Made by a program: the position numbers and the translations under genes
The notes under the pieces: model-generated
Told to the model about the DNA's origin: nothing
The model's input: only the letters and a program-made list of their open reading frames with translations
Database searches by the model: none
Shown: piece by piece, positions 8,449 to 17,767 of the stretch
Position numbering within the stretch: position 1 is the first letter of the stretch
Layout of the letters: every line of letters starts with the position of its first letter
Assembly: GCA_015068565.1 (NCBI GenBank)
Contig: SVKG01000001.1
Location: forward strand, 2,710 to 66,709
Length of the DNA stretch: 64,000 nucleotides
Source of the DNA: Oscillospiraceae bacterium
GTDB lineage: Bacteria; Bacillota; Clostridia; UMGS1810
Direction: 5' to 3'

Positions 8449-9159
8449 CTAATACAGAGTTTTCGTTTTGTCAAGCCTTTTGTATATTTTAAGACCTAAC
8501 CCGTCAAGAGTTTTCTTGTCTGCTCCCTCTCCGGCTATTGCCTCGACCATCGCCGCGGAGAGGATTTTTTTATTTTTATCTGCAAACACCACCGAAGTTG
8601 CATCGTTAAGATTTATCCTGACATCGTGCCCGTCACCGTTGCCGGAGCATAATATAGCAACGCTGCCATCTATTCTGCCGATTTTAAGGGCAAGTCCCGT
8701 GTCGTCCATTATAGACCTTGCAAAACTGCCGTATATTTCACCGTCACAACAGAGAGAAACGTGCCTGAATTTTTCCGCCGCGAGTTTTATTATTTCCATA
8801 CACTCCCCATCGGCGGAAGCACTGTATACAGTACAACTTTCGCACAGAGGATTTTCCTTTGCCGCTCTTGATATGAGATAAGGCAAAACCGAGTGCAAAA
8901 GTTTTTTGCCGGTATGTACCTTTATGCCGAACTCCTCAGCAAGTTCTGTGACGTAGGCGGGAATATCTCCCCTGAGCACAGCGCTGTCTATATGGTGTTT
9001 TTGAAACAATCTTCTTACATATCTTCTTCCGCCGCGGATAAGCCTTACCCTTACAATCTCTCTGCCGCAGACAGTATCTTCTGTTATCTCGCCGCGCCGC
9101 AGCGACTCACTCCTGCGGTTGCAGGGGCTGTCCCGAAAAATCACAGATATTTTGCCCAT
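8449..9159 (-). CDS. hypothetical protein (236 aa, Arg-rich N-terminus), function unknown
   Basis: ATG is preceded by GGAGGG at a 7-nt spacing. No motif recognised. The stop lies 26 nt upstream of tRNA-Pro with no terminator in between. Confidence 0.6.
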   Translation of the reverse strand: MGKISVIFRDSPCNRRSESLRRGEITEDTVCGREIVRVRLIRGGRRYVRRLFQKHHIDSAVLRGDIPAYVTELAEEFGIKVHTGKKLLHSVLPYLISRAAKENPLCESCTVYSASADGECMEIIKLAAEKFRHVSLCCDGEIYGSFARSIMDDTGLALKIGRIDGSVAILCSGNGDGHDVRINLNDATSVVFADKNKKILSAAMVEAIAGEGADKKTLDGLGLKIYKRLDKTKTLY

Positions 9160-9215
9160 ATCTCACCCTCCTGTATAAGATGTATTAAATATTTTAAAAA
9201 ATATTCACAAAACTG

Positions 9216-9244
9216 TTGACTTTAACACTTTAATATGCTAAAAT
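9216..9244 (+). promoter_or_regulatory. sigma-A type promoter candidate for the yerC-his operon
   Basis: TTGACT (9216-9221), 17-nt spacer, TAAAAT (9239-9244) with a TG at the extended -10 position (TGcTAAAAT). Confidence 0.55.
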
Positions 9245-9277
9245 GTGAAAGTGATTTGACAAAAGGAGCGTAATATA

Positions 9278-9565
9278 ATGGATAAAATTAAAAACCCCAT
9301 AATCAACAGACTCTTTGAAACCATAATGAAATTTGAAGATTTGCAGGAGTGCGAGGCATTTTTTGAAGACATCTGCACCATCAAGGAAATTCAGGATATG
9401 TCACAGCGGCTGGAAGTTGCAAGACTGCTTAACAAAAGCATCTGCTATACTGAGATTTCAAAGCGCACCGGCGCTTCAACCGCTACAATCAGCCGTGTCA
9501 ACAAGTGCCTCAACTACGGCAGCGACGGATACAAAAAAGCACTTTTGAAAATGGGGGAAGAATAA
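9278..9565 (+). CDS. yerC: TrpR-like YerC/YecD family DNA-binding protein (possible histidine-operon regulator)
   Basis: 95 aa with the typical YerC core (ISKRTGASTATISRVNKCLNYG). First cistron of the his operon. Confidence 0.8.
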   Translation: MDKIKNPIINRLFETIMKFEDLQECEAFFEDICTIKEIQDMSQRLEVARLLNKSICYTEISKRTGASTATISRVNKCLNYGSDGYKKALLKMGEE

Positions 9566-10692
9566 TGAACCTTAACGGATTGATGCTTTCAAGTGATGAA
9601 AAGGCTGTGTTCTCCCTGCGGAATCTGTATACAAGTTACGGATACACAAAATACAGGATGAGCAAGTTTGAAGAATACGATTTTTATGTGCGCAACAAAG
9701 GTTTTCTGATATCGGACAACATCATAACATTTACTGATTCCGACGGCAAACTTATGGCGCTTAAACCTGACGTTACACTTTCTATAATCAAAAACAGCAA
9801 AGACTCTGTGTCGGGCGTTCAAAAACTTTACTACAACGAAAACGTCTACCGTCAGTCAGGTGACATGCACGAAATTAAAGAAATTATGCAGACCGGTCTT
9901 GAATGTGTAGGAGATATTGACAGTTACAATATATGCGAAACGGTGCTTTTAGCAGCGCTTAGTCTGGCGTGTATATCAGATGATTATGTTTTAGACATTT
10001 CCCACATGGACATTGTTTCCGAGGCTATGGACTATGCAAAAATAAGCACGGAGGCCCGTCGGCAGTTGCTGAGTGCTCTCGGTGAGAAGAATCTGCAAAG
10101 AGTTACCGCTATATGCCGCGATGAAGGTGTAGGCGAGGCAGCAGAGAATCTTTTGACAAGTCTTGTAACGCTCTACGGCGGCGAGGATGCGGTTATACCG
10201 CAACTCAAAGAACTTGCCGTGAGCGACAGGTTCAACGATGCCATAGCGCTTATGGAGGATATTTTTAAAATCCTCAAAGACTACGGTTGCGCAGACAAAG
10301 TACATATAGATTTTTCCGTTGTAAATAATATGAACTACTACAACGGCATCGCCTTTAACGGGTTTATAAACGGTATTCACGGCAGTGTGCTCTCAGGCGG
10401 ACAGTATGACCTGCTTATGCGCAAGATGGGCAAAAGTTCAGGTGCAATAGGTTTTGCGGTATATCTTGATATGCTGGGCACTCTGGAAGATGACAAAAGC
10501 ACTTCTGTAACCGAGGCAGTTATCATCTATGGTGACGATTGCTCTGCCGCAGACATCAGCAGGGCGGTTAAGGAACTTTCTGCAACATACACATCTGTTG
10601 TTGCGGAAAAGTCAATCCCCGAGAAAATGCGGTATAAAAATCTGTTTATACTCGGCAAAAACGGATTAAAGGAGGCGGAACGGGATGCTTAA
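9565..10692 (+). CDS. hisZ: ATP phosphoribosyltransferase regulatory subunit HisZ
   Basis: Start set to ATG 9565, which overlaps the yerC stop (TAATG). HisRS-like catalytic-core paralogue located directly upstream of a short-form hisG. Confidence 0.85.
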   Translation: MNLNGLMLSSDEKAVFSLRNLYTSYGYTKYRMSKFEEYDFYVRNKGFLISDNIITFTDSDGKLMALKPDVTLSIIKNSKDSVSGVQKLYYNENVYRQSGDMHEIKEIMQTGLECVGDIDSYNICETVLLAALSLACISDDYVLDISHMDIVSEAMDYAKISTEARRQLLSALGEKNLQRVTAICRDEGVGEAAENLLTSLVTLYGGEDAVIPQLKELAVSDRFNDAIALMEDIFKILKDYGCADKVHIDFSVVNNMNYYNGIAFNGFINGIHGSVLSGGQYDLLMRKMGKSSGAIGFAVYLDMLGTLEDDKSTSVTEAVIIYGDDCSAADISRAVKELSATYTSVVAEKSIPEKMRYKNLFILGKNGLKEAERDA

Positions 10693-11317
10693 TATTGCAC
10701 TGCCCAAGGGCAGACTGGGCGAAAAGGTATATTCTATGTTTGAAAAGGCAGGATTCCGTTGCCCCGCCATATACGAAAACAACAGAAAACTTATTTTTGA
10801 AAATGCCGAACTTGGTATACGTTATTTCTGGGTTAAACCGTCAGACGTTGCGATATATGTTGAAAGAGGCGCGGCAGACATCGGTGTTGCCGGTAAAGAC
10901 ATTCTGCTCGAATACGAGCCTGATGTGTACGAGTTGTTTGACCTTGACATAGGCAAATGCTCTATGGCGGTTGCGGGTATGGCGGATTTTTGCGATCCCT
11001 CCCACCGCGCTTTGAGAGTAGCAACCAAGTTTACCAACATAGCAAAAAAATACTACAAATCACAAGGCAGAGAGATTGACATAATCCATCTTAACGGCTC
11101 TATTGAGATTGCGCCTATTCTGGGGCTTTCCGATGTGATTGTCGATATTGTGGAAACGGGTACAACACTTAAAGAAAACAATCTTGAAGTTATAGAAAAA
11201 ATAGTGCCTATAAGCGCAAGACTTATTGCCAACAAGGCAAGTTTTAAGTTTAAAAATCAGCAGATAGAAAAAATTCTTGGCAGTTTTAAAGAACAATCGG
11301 AGGCAGGAAATGATTAA
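10685..11317 (+). CDS. hisG: ATP phosphoribosyltransferase, short form
   Basis: 210 aa (LNIALPKGRL.., DIVETGTTLKEN). 8-nt overlap with hisZ. Confidence 0.9.
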   Translation: MLNIALPKGRLGEKVYSMFEKAGFRCPAIYENNRKLIFENAELGIRYFWVKPSDVAIYVERGAADIGVAGKDILLEYEPDVYELFDLDIGKCSMAVAGMADFCDPSHRALRVATKFTNIAKKYYKSQGREIDIIHLNGSIEIAPILGLSDVIVDIVETGTTLKENNLEVIEKIVPISARLIANKASFKFKNQQIEKILGSFKEQSEAGND

Positions 11318-12583
11318 GATATTTAAATACGGCGAGGTGGCAAACAGCGAAATATTTGCAAGAGTTACCCCCGAAGTAAATGTGACAGAAATTGTGTCGG
11401 ACATAATCTCTCAGGTGCGCACCCGCGGTGACGAGGCTATTTTGGAATATTGTAAAAAGTTCGACGGTGCTGATCTTACCTCTCTGGAAGTGAGTCAGGC
11501 AGAGATTGCGGAGGCAGTTGCAAAGGTTGAGCCTGAATTTATAATGGTGCTCAAAAAAGCCGCCGCAAATATATACAAGTTCCACGAAAAACAAGTGAGA
11601 AACGGGTTTATCATAAACGACGAAAACGGCATTGTTACGGGTCAGAAAATTATTCCCATTGACAAGGTGGGCTTATATGTGCCCGGCGGTACTGCATCAT
11701 ACCCGTCAAGCGTTCTTATGAATGCAATCCCCGCAAAGATTGCCGGTTGCGGTCAGGTGGTTATGGTTACACCGCCCGACAAGAACGGCAATATCAATCC
11801 CGCAATACTTGCTGCTGCATCCGTTGCCGGTGTGGATAAGATTTTCAAAACCGGCGGTGCACAGGCGGTTGCCGCACTTGCATACGGAACAGAAACCATA
11901 CCTCAGGTGCACAAGATTGTCGGACCCGGAAATGCCTTTGTGGCTGAGGCAAAACGTCAGGTGTTCGGGCAGGTAGCAATAGATATGATTGCCGGGCCGA
12001 GTGAGATTTTGGTTGTGGCAGACGGCAAGAGCAATCCCAGATACGTTGCGGCAGACCTGCTCTCTCAGGCGGAGCATGACAGACTTGCAAGTTCTGTTCT
12101 CGTAACGGATTCTCCCGCTTGGCACTTGCGGTTTCCGATGAACTTGAAAGACAGATTCCTCTCCTTGAAAGAGCCGATATCGCAAGAGCATCCATAGACA
12201 ACAACGGCAAAATCATAATTGCTGAGGATCTTAAAACTGTTATCGATATCGCCAACGAAATTGCGCCGGAGCATCTGGAACTTTGTGTGGACAATCCCTT
12301 TGACTATCTTGACGGCATACGCCATGCCGGTTCAATATTTATGGGCAGAAGTTGTCCCGAGGCTCTGGGTGATTATCTGTCAGGCGCCAACCACACCCTG
12401 CCCACAAGCGGAACGGCTAAGTTTTCGTCTCCCTTGTCGGTAGACGATTTTGTTAAAAAGACACAGTACACCTACTATACGCGCGAAGCACTCGAAAACG
12501 TAGCGGCAGACATTGACCTGTTCGCAAGGAAAGAAGGACTTACCGCCCACGCAAAGAGTGCAACAATAAGATTTGAAGACTGA
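11310..12583 (+). pseudogene. hisD: histidinol dehydrogenase, reading frame broken by an apparent 1-nt deletion near 12114-12116
   Basis: ORF 11277..12197 carries the HisD N-terminal two-thirds up to ..AEHDRLASSVLVTDSP. ORF 12119..12583 in another frame continues LALAVSDELERQ...APEHLEL...NHTLPTSGTA. The frames join if one base is added in the CCC run. Confidence 0.85.
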
Positions 12584-12600
12584 TTTATTGGAGATATGAT

Positions 12601-13668
12601 ATGAGCAGATTTTTAAGTTCAAGACTTAAAGGCCTTGAACCCTATGTACCGGGAGAGCAGCCCAAAATAGACAATCTTATAAAACTCAACACCAACGAGT
12701 CCCCTTTTCCGCCGTCGGAGAATGCAATCCGTATGTCGGCAGAGGCGGCAAAAAATTTACAACTTTATCCTGACCCCGAGTGCAGCAGACTTACAGAAAC
12801 TCTGGCGCAGAAACTTGGTGTAGCGAAAGACGAGATTCTCCTTACAAACGGCTCGGACGAGATTTTAAACTTTGCCTTTATGGCGTTTTGCGACAGTGAG
12901 AGGGGAGCGGTTTTTGCCGATATAACTTACGGGTTTTACAAGGTGTTTGCCCAACTTAACGGTGTGCCGTACAGAGAGATTGCGCTTGATGAAAATCTTA
13001 AAATCAATTTGGACGACTACAAAGGCACAGATGAGACAATATTTATTGCCAACCCCAATGCACCGACAGGTCTTTATTATGAGCCTGAGGAGATAGAAAA
13101 AGTTATTGCAAGTAACCCGGACAGAGTTGTGGTGGTAGACGAAGCATACATTGACTTCGGAGGCAGAAGTTGTGTTCCGCTGATTAAAAAATACGACAAT
13201 CTGCTCGTTACTCAGACATTTTCAAAATCCCGTTCGATGGCGGGTGCAAGGCTTGGTTTCGGTGTCGGTTGCAAAGGACTTATTGCAGACCTTAACACAA
13301 TCAAATACTCAACCAATCCCTACAATATAAACTCTGCCACTATGGCGGCGGGTATCGGCTCTTTGACCGATGAGGAGTACACAGTCCGCAACTGCAATAT
13401 TATATGTCAAAACAGAGAATATACAACACAACAACTTATCCGTATGGGATTTGACACAACGGATTCGAAAACGAATTTTATTTTTGCAAAGCACAAAACC
13501 ATTGACGGAGGGACGATTTACAGAAAATTAAGGGAAAGAGGAATTGTTGTCCGACACTTTTTAAAAGACAGAATATCCGACTACAACAGAATAACAGTAG
13601 GCACAAAAGAGCAGATGGACTCCCTCCTCTGCGCCCTGGAAGATATTATAAAGGAGGAAACCTTATGA
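12601..13668 (+). CDS. hisC: histidinol-phosphate aminotransferase
   Basis: 355-aa class-II aminotransferase with PLP-lysine context TFSKS. Position in the his operon. Confidence 0.9.
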   Translation: MSRFLSSRLKGLEPYVPGEQPKIDNLIKLNTNESPFPPSENAIRMSAEAAKNLQLYPDPECSRLTETLAQKLGVAKDEILLTNGSDEILNFAFMAFCDSERGAVFADITYGFYKVFAQLNGVPYREIALDENLKINLDDYKGTDETIFIANPNAPTGLYYEPEEIEKVIASNPDRVVVVDEAYIDFGGRSCVPLIKKYDNLLVTQTFSKSRSMAGARLGFGVGCKGLIADLNTIKYSTNPYNINSATMAAGIGSLTDEEYTVRNCNIICQNREYTTQQLIRMGFDTTDSKTNFIFAKHKTIDGGTIYRKLRERGIVVRHFLKDRISDYNRITVGTKEQMDSLLCALEDIIKEETL

Positions 13669-14252
13669 GAAACGTATCAAAAACAAGGGAAACCGCAGAA
13701 ACAAAGATAAGTCTTACCCTTAACCTTGATGGCACGGGAAAAAGCAATATTAAAAGCGGTTGCGGTTTTTTGGACCACATGCTGACACTGTTTGCCAAAC
13801 ACGGCAGATTTGATTTAAACCTCACCTGCGACGGCGATGTTTGTGTAGATTACCACCACAGTGCCGAGGATATCGGTATAACTCTGGGCAGTGCATTTAA
13901 AGATGCACTCGGCGACAAACGCGGCATCTGCCGTTACGGCAATATGATTCTGCCAATGGATGAAGCGCTTATCCTGTCGGCAGTGGATTTGTCGGGCAGA
14001 GCGTATCTTGCTTATAAAACAGGCACATTAAACGAAAAAGTCGGTGACTTTGACACAGAACTTATAGAAGAGTTCTGGCTTGGCTTTGTAAGAGCATCAG
14101 AGTCAACACTGCACATAAATCAGATGGCAGGTACAAACACCCACCACATAATAGAGGGGATGTTCAAATCCGTTGCAAGATCTTTAAAGGCGGCTGTTGC
14201 CTTTGACATAGATGCAAAAGACGAGATACCCTCAACGAAAGGGGTACTTTAA
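13665..14252 (+). CDS. hisB: imidazoleglycerol-phosphate dehydratase
   Basis: 195 aa with HisB motifs (DHMLTLFA, HH..ED, HHIIEG.FK). Confidence 0.9.
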   Translation: MRNVSKTRETAETKISLTLNLDGTGKSNIKSGCGFLDHMLTLFAKHGRFDLNLTCDGDVCVDYHHSAEDIGITLGSAFKDALGDKRGICRYGNMILPMDEALILSAVDLSGRAYLAYKTGTLNEKVGDFDTELIEEFWLGFVRASESTLHINQMAGTNTHHIIEGMFKSVARSLKAAVAFDIDAKDEIPSTKGVL

Positions 14253-14872
14253 TGATAGCCATAGTTGACTACGGAGTCGGCAATCTTTTTTCACTTAAAA
14301 GTTCCTTTGCCGCCATCGGTGCCGATGCCAGAGTGACGGGCAATCCCGAAGAGATAAAAACGTCGGACAAAATTATCCTTCCCGGCGTGGGCGCTTTTGA
14401 AGATGCGGCGGAAAAACTTTTTTCCTCCGGTCTTGCCGACGTTGTAAAGGATGAGGCTGCAAAAGGCAAACCCATTATGGGTATTTGTCTTGGTATGCAA
14501 CTGCTTTTTGATAAAAGTTTTGAGTATGGTGAGCACAGCGGATTAGGTCTTATAAAGGGGGAAATCCGTTCTATATCAGAGGTTATCCCCGCAGAACTTA
14601 AAGTGCCCCATATCGGCTGGAATCAACTTATTTTCAAGGGCGAAAGACACCCCATATTCAAGGATTTAAAAGACGGCGACTGTGCGTACTTTGTTCATTC
14701 CTTTTACGGAGAAAACTGTGCCGACTCGGTAATTGCCACGGCAGAATACGGCGCTGAACTTACCGCCGCAGTTGCCAAGGGTAATGTGTGCGGTTGCCAG
14801 TTCCACCCCGAAAAGAGCGGTGCCGTTGGTCTTAAAATACTTAATGCCTTTTGCGAATGGAGGGGTATGTGA
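14252..14872 (+). CDS. hisH: imidazole glycerol phosphate synthase, glutamine amidotransferase subunit
   Basis: 206-aa class-I GATase (GICLGMQ nucleophile elbow, FHPEKS). Confidence 0.9.
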   Translation: MIAIVDYGVGNLFSLKSSFAAIGADARVTGNPEEIKTSDKIILPGVGAFEDAAEKLFSSGLADVVKDEAAKGKPIMGICLGMQLLFDKSFEYGEHSGLGLIKGEIRSISEVIPAELKVPHIGWNQLIFKGERHPIFKDLKDGDCAYFVHSFYGENCADSVIATAEYGAELTAAVAKGNVCGCQFHPEKSGAVGLKILNAFCEWRGM

Positions 14873-15585
14873 TGATTATTTTTCCAGCTATTGATTTATA
14901 CGAGGGCAAAGCCGTACGGCTCCTCCGCGGTGAATATGACAAAATGACTGTTTACAGTGAAAACCCCATCGAAATCGCAAGAGAGTTTGTCGCACAGGGT
15001 GCAACACATATACACATGGTTGATTTAGAGGGTGCAAAATCAGGCGAAACCCCTAATATAGAGATTGTAAAGCAAGTTGCCGCGGAGACAGATTTGTTTG
15101 TAGAGATTGGCGGCGGAATACGGTCTATGGAAGTTGTAGACAGATACATCAGCGCAGGAGTTGACAGAGTAATATTGGGCACTGCCGCAGTTGAGGACAG
15201 GGAGTTTCTTGTAAGTGCCGTAAACAAATACGGCGACAAGATTGCCGTGGGTGCCGATATCAAAGACGGTGCCGTTGCCATAAAGGGCTGGACGGAAAAA
15301 AGCAGTTACGACTGTTTTGACTTTTGCAGTCAGATGCAAAGCATCGGCGTTAAAACGCTCATCTGCACAGACATCTCAAAAGACGGCGCAATGCAGGGTA
15401 CAAACCTTGAACTCTACAAAGAACTGTCCGAAAGATTTGATATGCAGATTGTGGCATCGGGCGGGGTTTCGGACATAGACGATGTGAAAGCCCTTACAAA
15501 AATGAATCTGTACGGCGCCATCATCGGCAAGGCATACTACATAAAGGCAATTTCACTTAAAGAAGCAATCGAGGTGGCAAAATGA
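14872..15585 (+). CDS. hisA: ProFAR isomerase
   Basis: Start set to ATG 14872 (MIIFPAIDL), overlapping the hisH stop by 1 nt. TIM-barrel HisA motifs present. Confidence 0.9.
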   Translation: MIIFPAIDLYEGKAVRLLRGEYDKMTVYSENPIEIAREFVAQGATHIHMVDLEGAKSGETPNIEIVKQVAAETDLFVEIGGGIRSMEVVDRYISAGVDRVILGTAAVEDREFLVSAVNKYGDKIAVGADIKDGAVAIKGWTEKSSYDCFDFCSQMQSIGVKTLICTDISKDGAMQGTNLELYKELSERFDMQIVASGGVSDIDDVKALTKMNLYGAIIGKAYYIKAISLKEAIEVAK

Positions 15586-16340
15586 TAACCAAACGTATTA
15601 TTCCCTGTCTTGATGTACGAAACGGCAGAGTGGTAAAAGGTGTTAATTTTGAAGGCGTATCCGACGTGTCGTCTCCTGTGGAACTTGCAAAGTTATACAG
15701 TGAAAGCGGTGCCGACGAGTTGGTTTTTTACGATATAACGGCGTCATTCGAGGGCAGACAACTTTTTACCGATATTCTGCGCGAAGTGGCAAGTCAGATA
15801 TTTATTCCCTTAACAGTTGGCGGCGGTATCAACACTGTCGGGGATTTTGACAGAGTTTTAAAATGCGGTGCCGACAAAGTCAGCGTGAACTCAGGCGCTA
15901 TTAAAAACCCGTCACTTATAAGTGAGGCGGCAAAACTCTACGGCGACCAGTGCGTGGTAATATCTGCCGATGTTAAAAGAGTTGAAGGCAAATTTACCGT
16001 CTTCTCCAAAGGCGGCAGAGAAAACACGGGTATGGAAGCGGTTGAGTGGATTAAACGCTGTGTGGATATGGGCGCGGGAGAGGTTGTGCTAAACTCTATT
16101 GATACCGACGGCGTCAAGGGCGGGTTCGACCTTGAAATGCTGGACGCCGTCTGCAATGCCGTGGCTGTTCCCGTTATAGCCTCGGGCGGTGCAGGGTGTA
16201 TAGAAGATTTTGTGACGCTTTTTAAAACACTCCCCAAAGTGGATGCCGGTCTTGCGGCTTCGATTTTCCATTTTGGCGAGGTTAAAATAGCCGACCTTAA
16301 AGGTAAACTTAAAGAAAACAATATCCCCGTCAGACTTTGA
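15582..16340 (+). CDS. hisF: imidazole glycerol phosphate synthase, cyclase subunit
   Basis: 252 aa ([22 protein letters not shown]). Confidence 0.9.
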   Translation: MITKRIIPCLDVRNGRVVKGVNFEGVSDVSSPVELAKLYSESGADELVFYDITASFEGRQLFTDILREVASQIFIPLTVGGGINTVGDFDRVLKCGADKVSVNSGAIKNPSLISEAAKLYGDQCVVISADVKRVEGKFTVFSKGGRENTGMEAVEWIKRCVDMGAGEVVLNSIDTDGVKGGFDLEMLDAVCNAVAVPVIASGGAGCIEDFVTLFKTLPKVDAGLAASIFHFGEVKIADLKGKLKENNIPVRL

Positions 16341-16353
16341 ATATAAGGAGATT

Positions 16354-17010
16354 TTGATTATGATAAACATTGACAGTCTTAAATTCGACGAAAAGGGGCT
16401 TATCCCCGCGATAGTTGTGGATTCGGTGACAAAAAAGGTTCTCACTCTGGCATATATGAACAGAGAGAGCCTTGAAATATCCATGCAAAAGGGACTTACC
16501 TGTTTTTGGAGCCGTTCCAGACAGGAGTTGTGGCTCAAAGGTGAAACAAGCGGCAACTATCAGCATATAGTTTCAATCACTGCCGACTGTGACGGCGATG
16601 CACTGGTGGTTGTGGTTGACAAAGACGGCCCTGCCTGTCATAAGGGAGATGATTCGTGCTTTAACGATACCGTATGGCAGAGCGACGAGCGGAGTGAATT
16701 TTCGCTCGAAGGTCTTATGGAACTTTTAAAAGGCCGTAAAGAAGAGAAGAAGGAAGGCTCCTACACCACTTATCTTTTTGAAAAAGGTCTTGATAAAATC
16801 CTCAAAAAAATCGGTGAGGAATGTACAGAAGTTATTATCGCCGCCAAAGCCGAGGACAGGGCAGAAACCATTTATGAAATTGCCGACCTTTGCTATCACG
16901 TGATGGTGCTTATGCTCCAAAACGGAATCTCTCTGGAAGATATTCATAAAGAACTTGCATCAAGGCATGTAATCGACCATAAAGTAAAGCAGGAAAAAAT
17001 GACGAAATAA
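16354..17010 (+). CDS. hisI: bifunctional phosphoribosyl-AMP cyclohydrolase / phosphoribosyl-ATP pyrophosphatase
   Basis: 218 aa. N-terminal HisI ([23 protein letters not shown]) fused to a C-terminal HisE (SYT..LF..G..KI.KK.GEE). Confidence 0.9.
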   Translation: MIMINIDSLKFDEKGLIPAIVVDSVTKKVLTLAYMNRESLEISMQKGLTCFWSRSRQELWLKGETSGNYQHIVSITADCDGDALVVVVDKDGPACHKGDDSCFNDTVWQSDERSEFSLEGLMELLKGRKEEKKEGSYTTYLFEKGLDKILKKIGEECTEVIIAAKAEDRAETIYEIADLCYHVMVLMLQNGISLEDIHKELASRHVIDHKVKQEKMTK

Positions 17011-17022
17011 TTGTTGACGGAC

Positions 17023-17058
17023 AAAAAAATGCTCTCTGTAAAATCAGAGAGCATTTTT
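17023..17058 (+). terminator. rho-independent terminator of the his operon
   Basis: Stem atgctctctg (17029-17038) / cagagagcat (17045-17054), followed by TTTT. Confidence 0.8.
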
Positions 17059-17102
17059 AAGCAAATATATATTTTAACTAATTACAAAGTTGTGTTTGAA
17101 TA

Positions 17103-17333
17103 TCAGTCATCCTCCAACAGTTTGGAAGGAGATATTTTTAAAACCTGGGCAATCTTAAACAGCGTTTCCAACGAAACCCCTCGCACCGTACCGGTGCCCT
17201 CCACTTGCCCAACAAAATTAACACTCTTGTCAATAAGTTCTGCAAAGGTTTCCTGGGTGTATCCGCATTTCTTTCTGTAATAAGCAATTTTTAAACCCAA
17301 AGTTATATAACGTTCAGGAAATTCAGTTTTCAT
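17103..17333 (-). CDS. XRE-family helix-turn-helix transcriptional regulator
   Basis: 76 aa, with a typical HTH_3 core (LKIAYYRKKCGYTQETFAELIDKSVNFVGQVE). Confidence 0.8.
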   Translation of the reverse strand: MKTEFPERYITLGLKIAYYRKKCGYTQETFAELIDKSVNFVGQVEGTGTVRGVSLETLFKIAQVLKISPSKLLEDD

Positions 17334-17405
17334 ACCATCTCCCCCTTGACCGGAACGGAATAATCCAATCTCCTGTTTTCAGATATGGGTTTACAATTTG
17401 GTAAA

Positions 17406-17579
17406 TTATTTTTCATCTTTGATATTTTCCAATGCAACCCGCACCGCTTCAACAACAAAAGCCGTAAAAGTACAATTCTTACCCTCGATTGCCTTTTCCA
17501 CATCATCAATTACGTCGTTTGGAAAACGGATACATTTGTTTGTTGTTGACGGAACAGACGGTATTTTAAATTTTTTCAT
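17406..17579 (-). CDS. small DNA-binding-like protein (Arc/RHH- or YlcI/YnfO-like), function unknown
   Basis: Start set at MKKFKIPS (AGAGGTG 6 nt upstream). The pattern IRFPNDVIDDVEKAIEGKNCTFTAFVVEAVRVAL resembles small phage/ICE regulators. Assignment is from memory only. Confidence 0.5.
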   Translation of the reverse strand: MKKFKIPSVPSTTNKCIRFPNDVIDDVEKAIEGKNCTFTAFVVEAVRVALENIKDEK

Positions 17580-17591
17580 ACAATCACCTCT

Positions 17592-17645
17592 GCAATACAA
17601 TTATATATGAAAACATCTTTATTTTATGCATTACAATTGTATTGC
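17592..17645. promoter_or_regulatory. 11-nt perfect inverted repeat spanning the putative promoter of the small regulator pair (candidate operator)
   Basis: gcaatacaatt (17592-17602) and aattgtattgc (17635-17645), 32 nt apart, enclose a TATAAT-like box on the minus strand just upstream of the RBS. Confidence 0.45.
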
Positions 17646-17708
17646 GTTTTTCGAGGTTATATGTTATTATAAATATACCAACACCCCGTCAGTTCGCCAA
17701 ACCTATGC

Positions 17709-17740
17709 AAAAAGCCGAGGCTCAAAGCCCCGGCTTTTTT
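17709..17740. terminator. bidirectional rho-independent terminator downstream of the S-layer gene
   Basis: aaaaa-gccgaggc-tcaaa-gccccggc-tttttt (one mismatch in the stem). Confidence 0.75.
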
Positions 17741-17767
17741 ATTATAAAGGAGATGATTTTACTTTGA

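Noticed and set aside
9505-9564. N-terminal extension of the hisZ ORF overlapping yerC (similar upstream extensions of rplJ to 32495, the flippase gene to 26661, proB to 25139 and the AGCS gene to 38502)
   Set aside because: The extensions lack an RBS, overlap neighbouring genes or leaders, and encode non-conserved residues. Internal starts with good Shine-Dalgarno spacing reproduce the typical N-termini.
17011-17280. 89-aa plus-strand ORF after hisI
   Set aside because: It runs through the his terminator and is antisense to the XRE regulator gene. It has no RBS.
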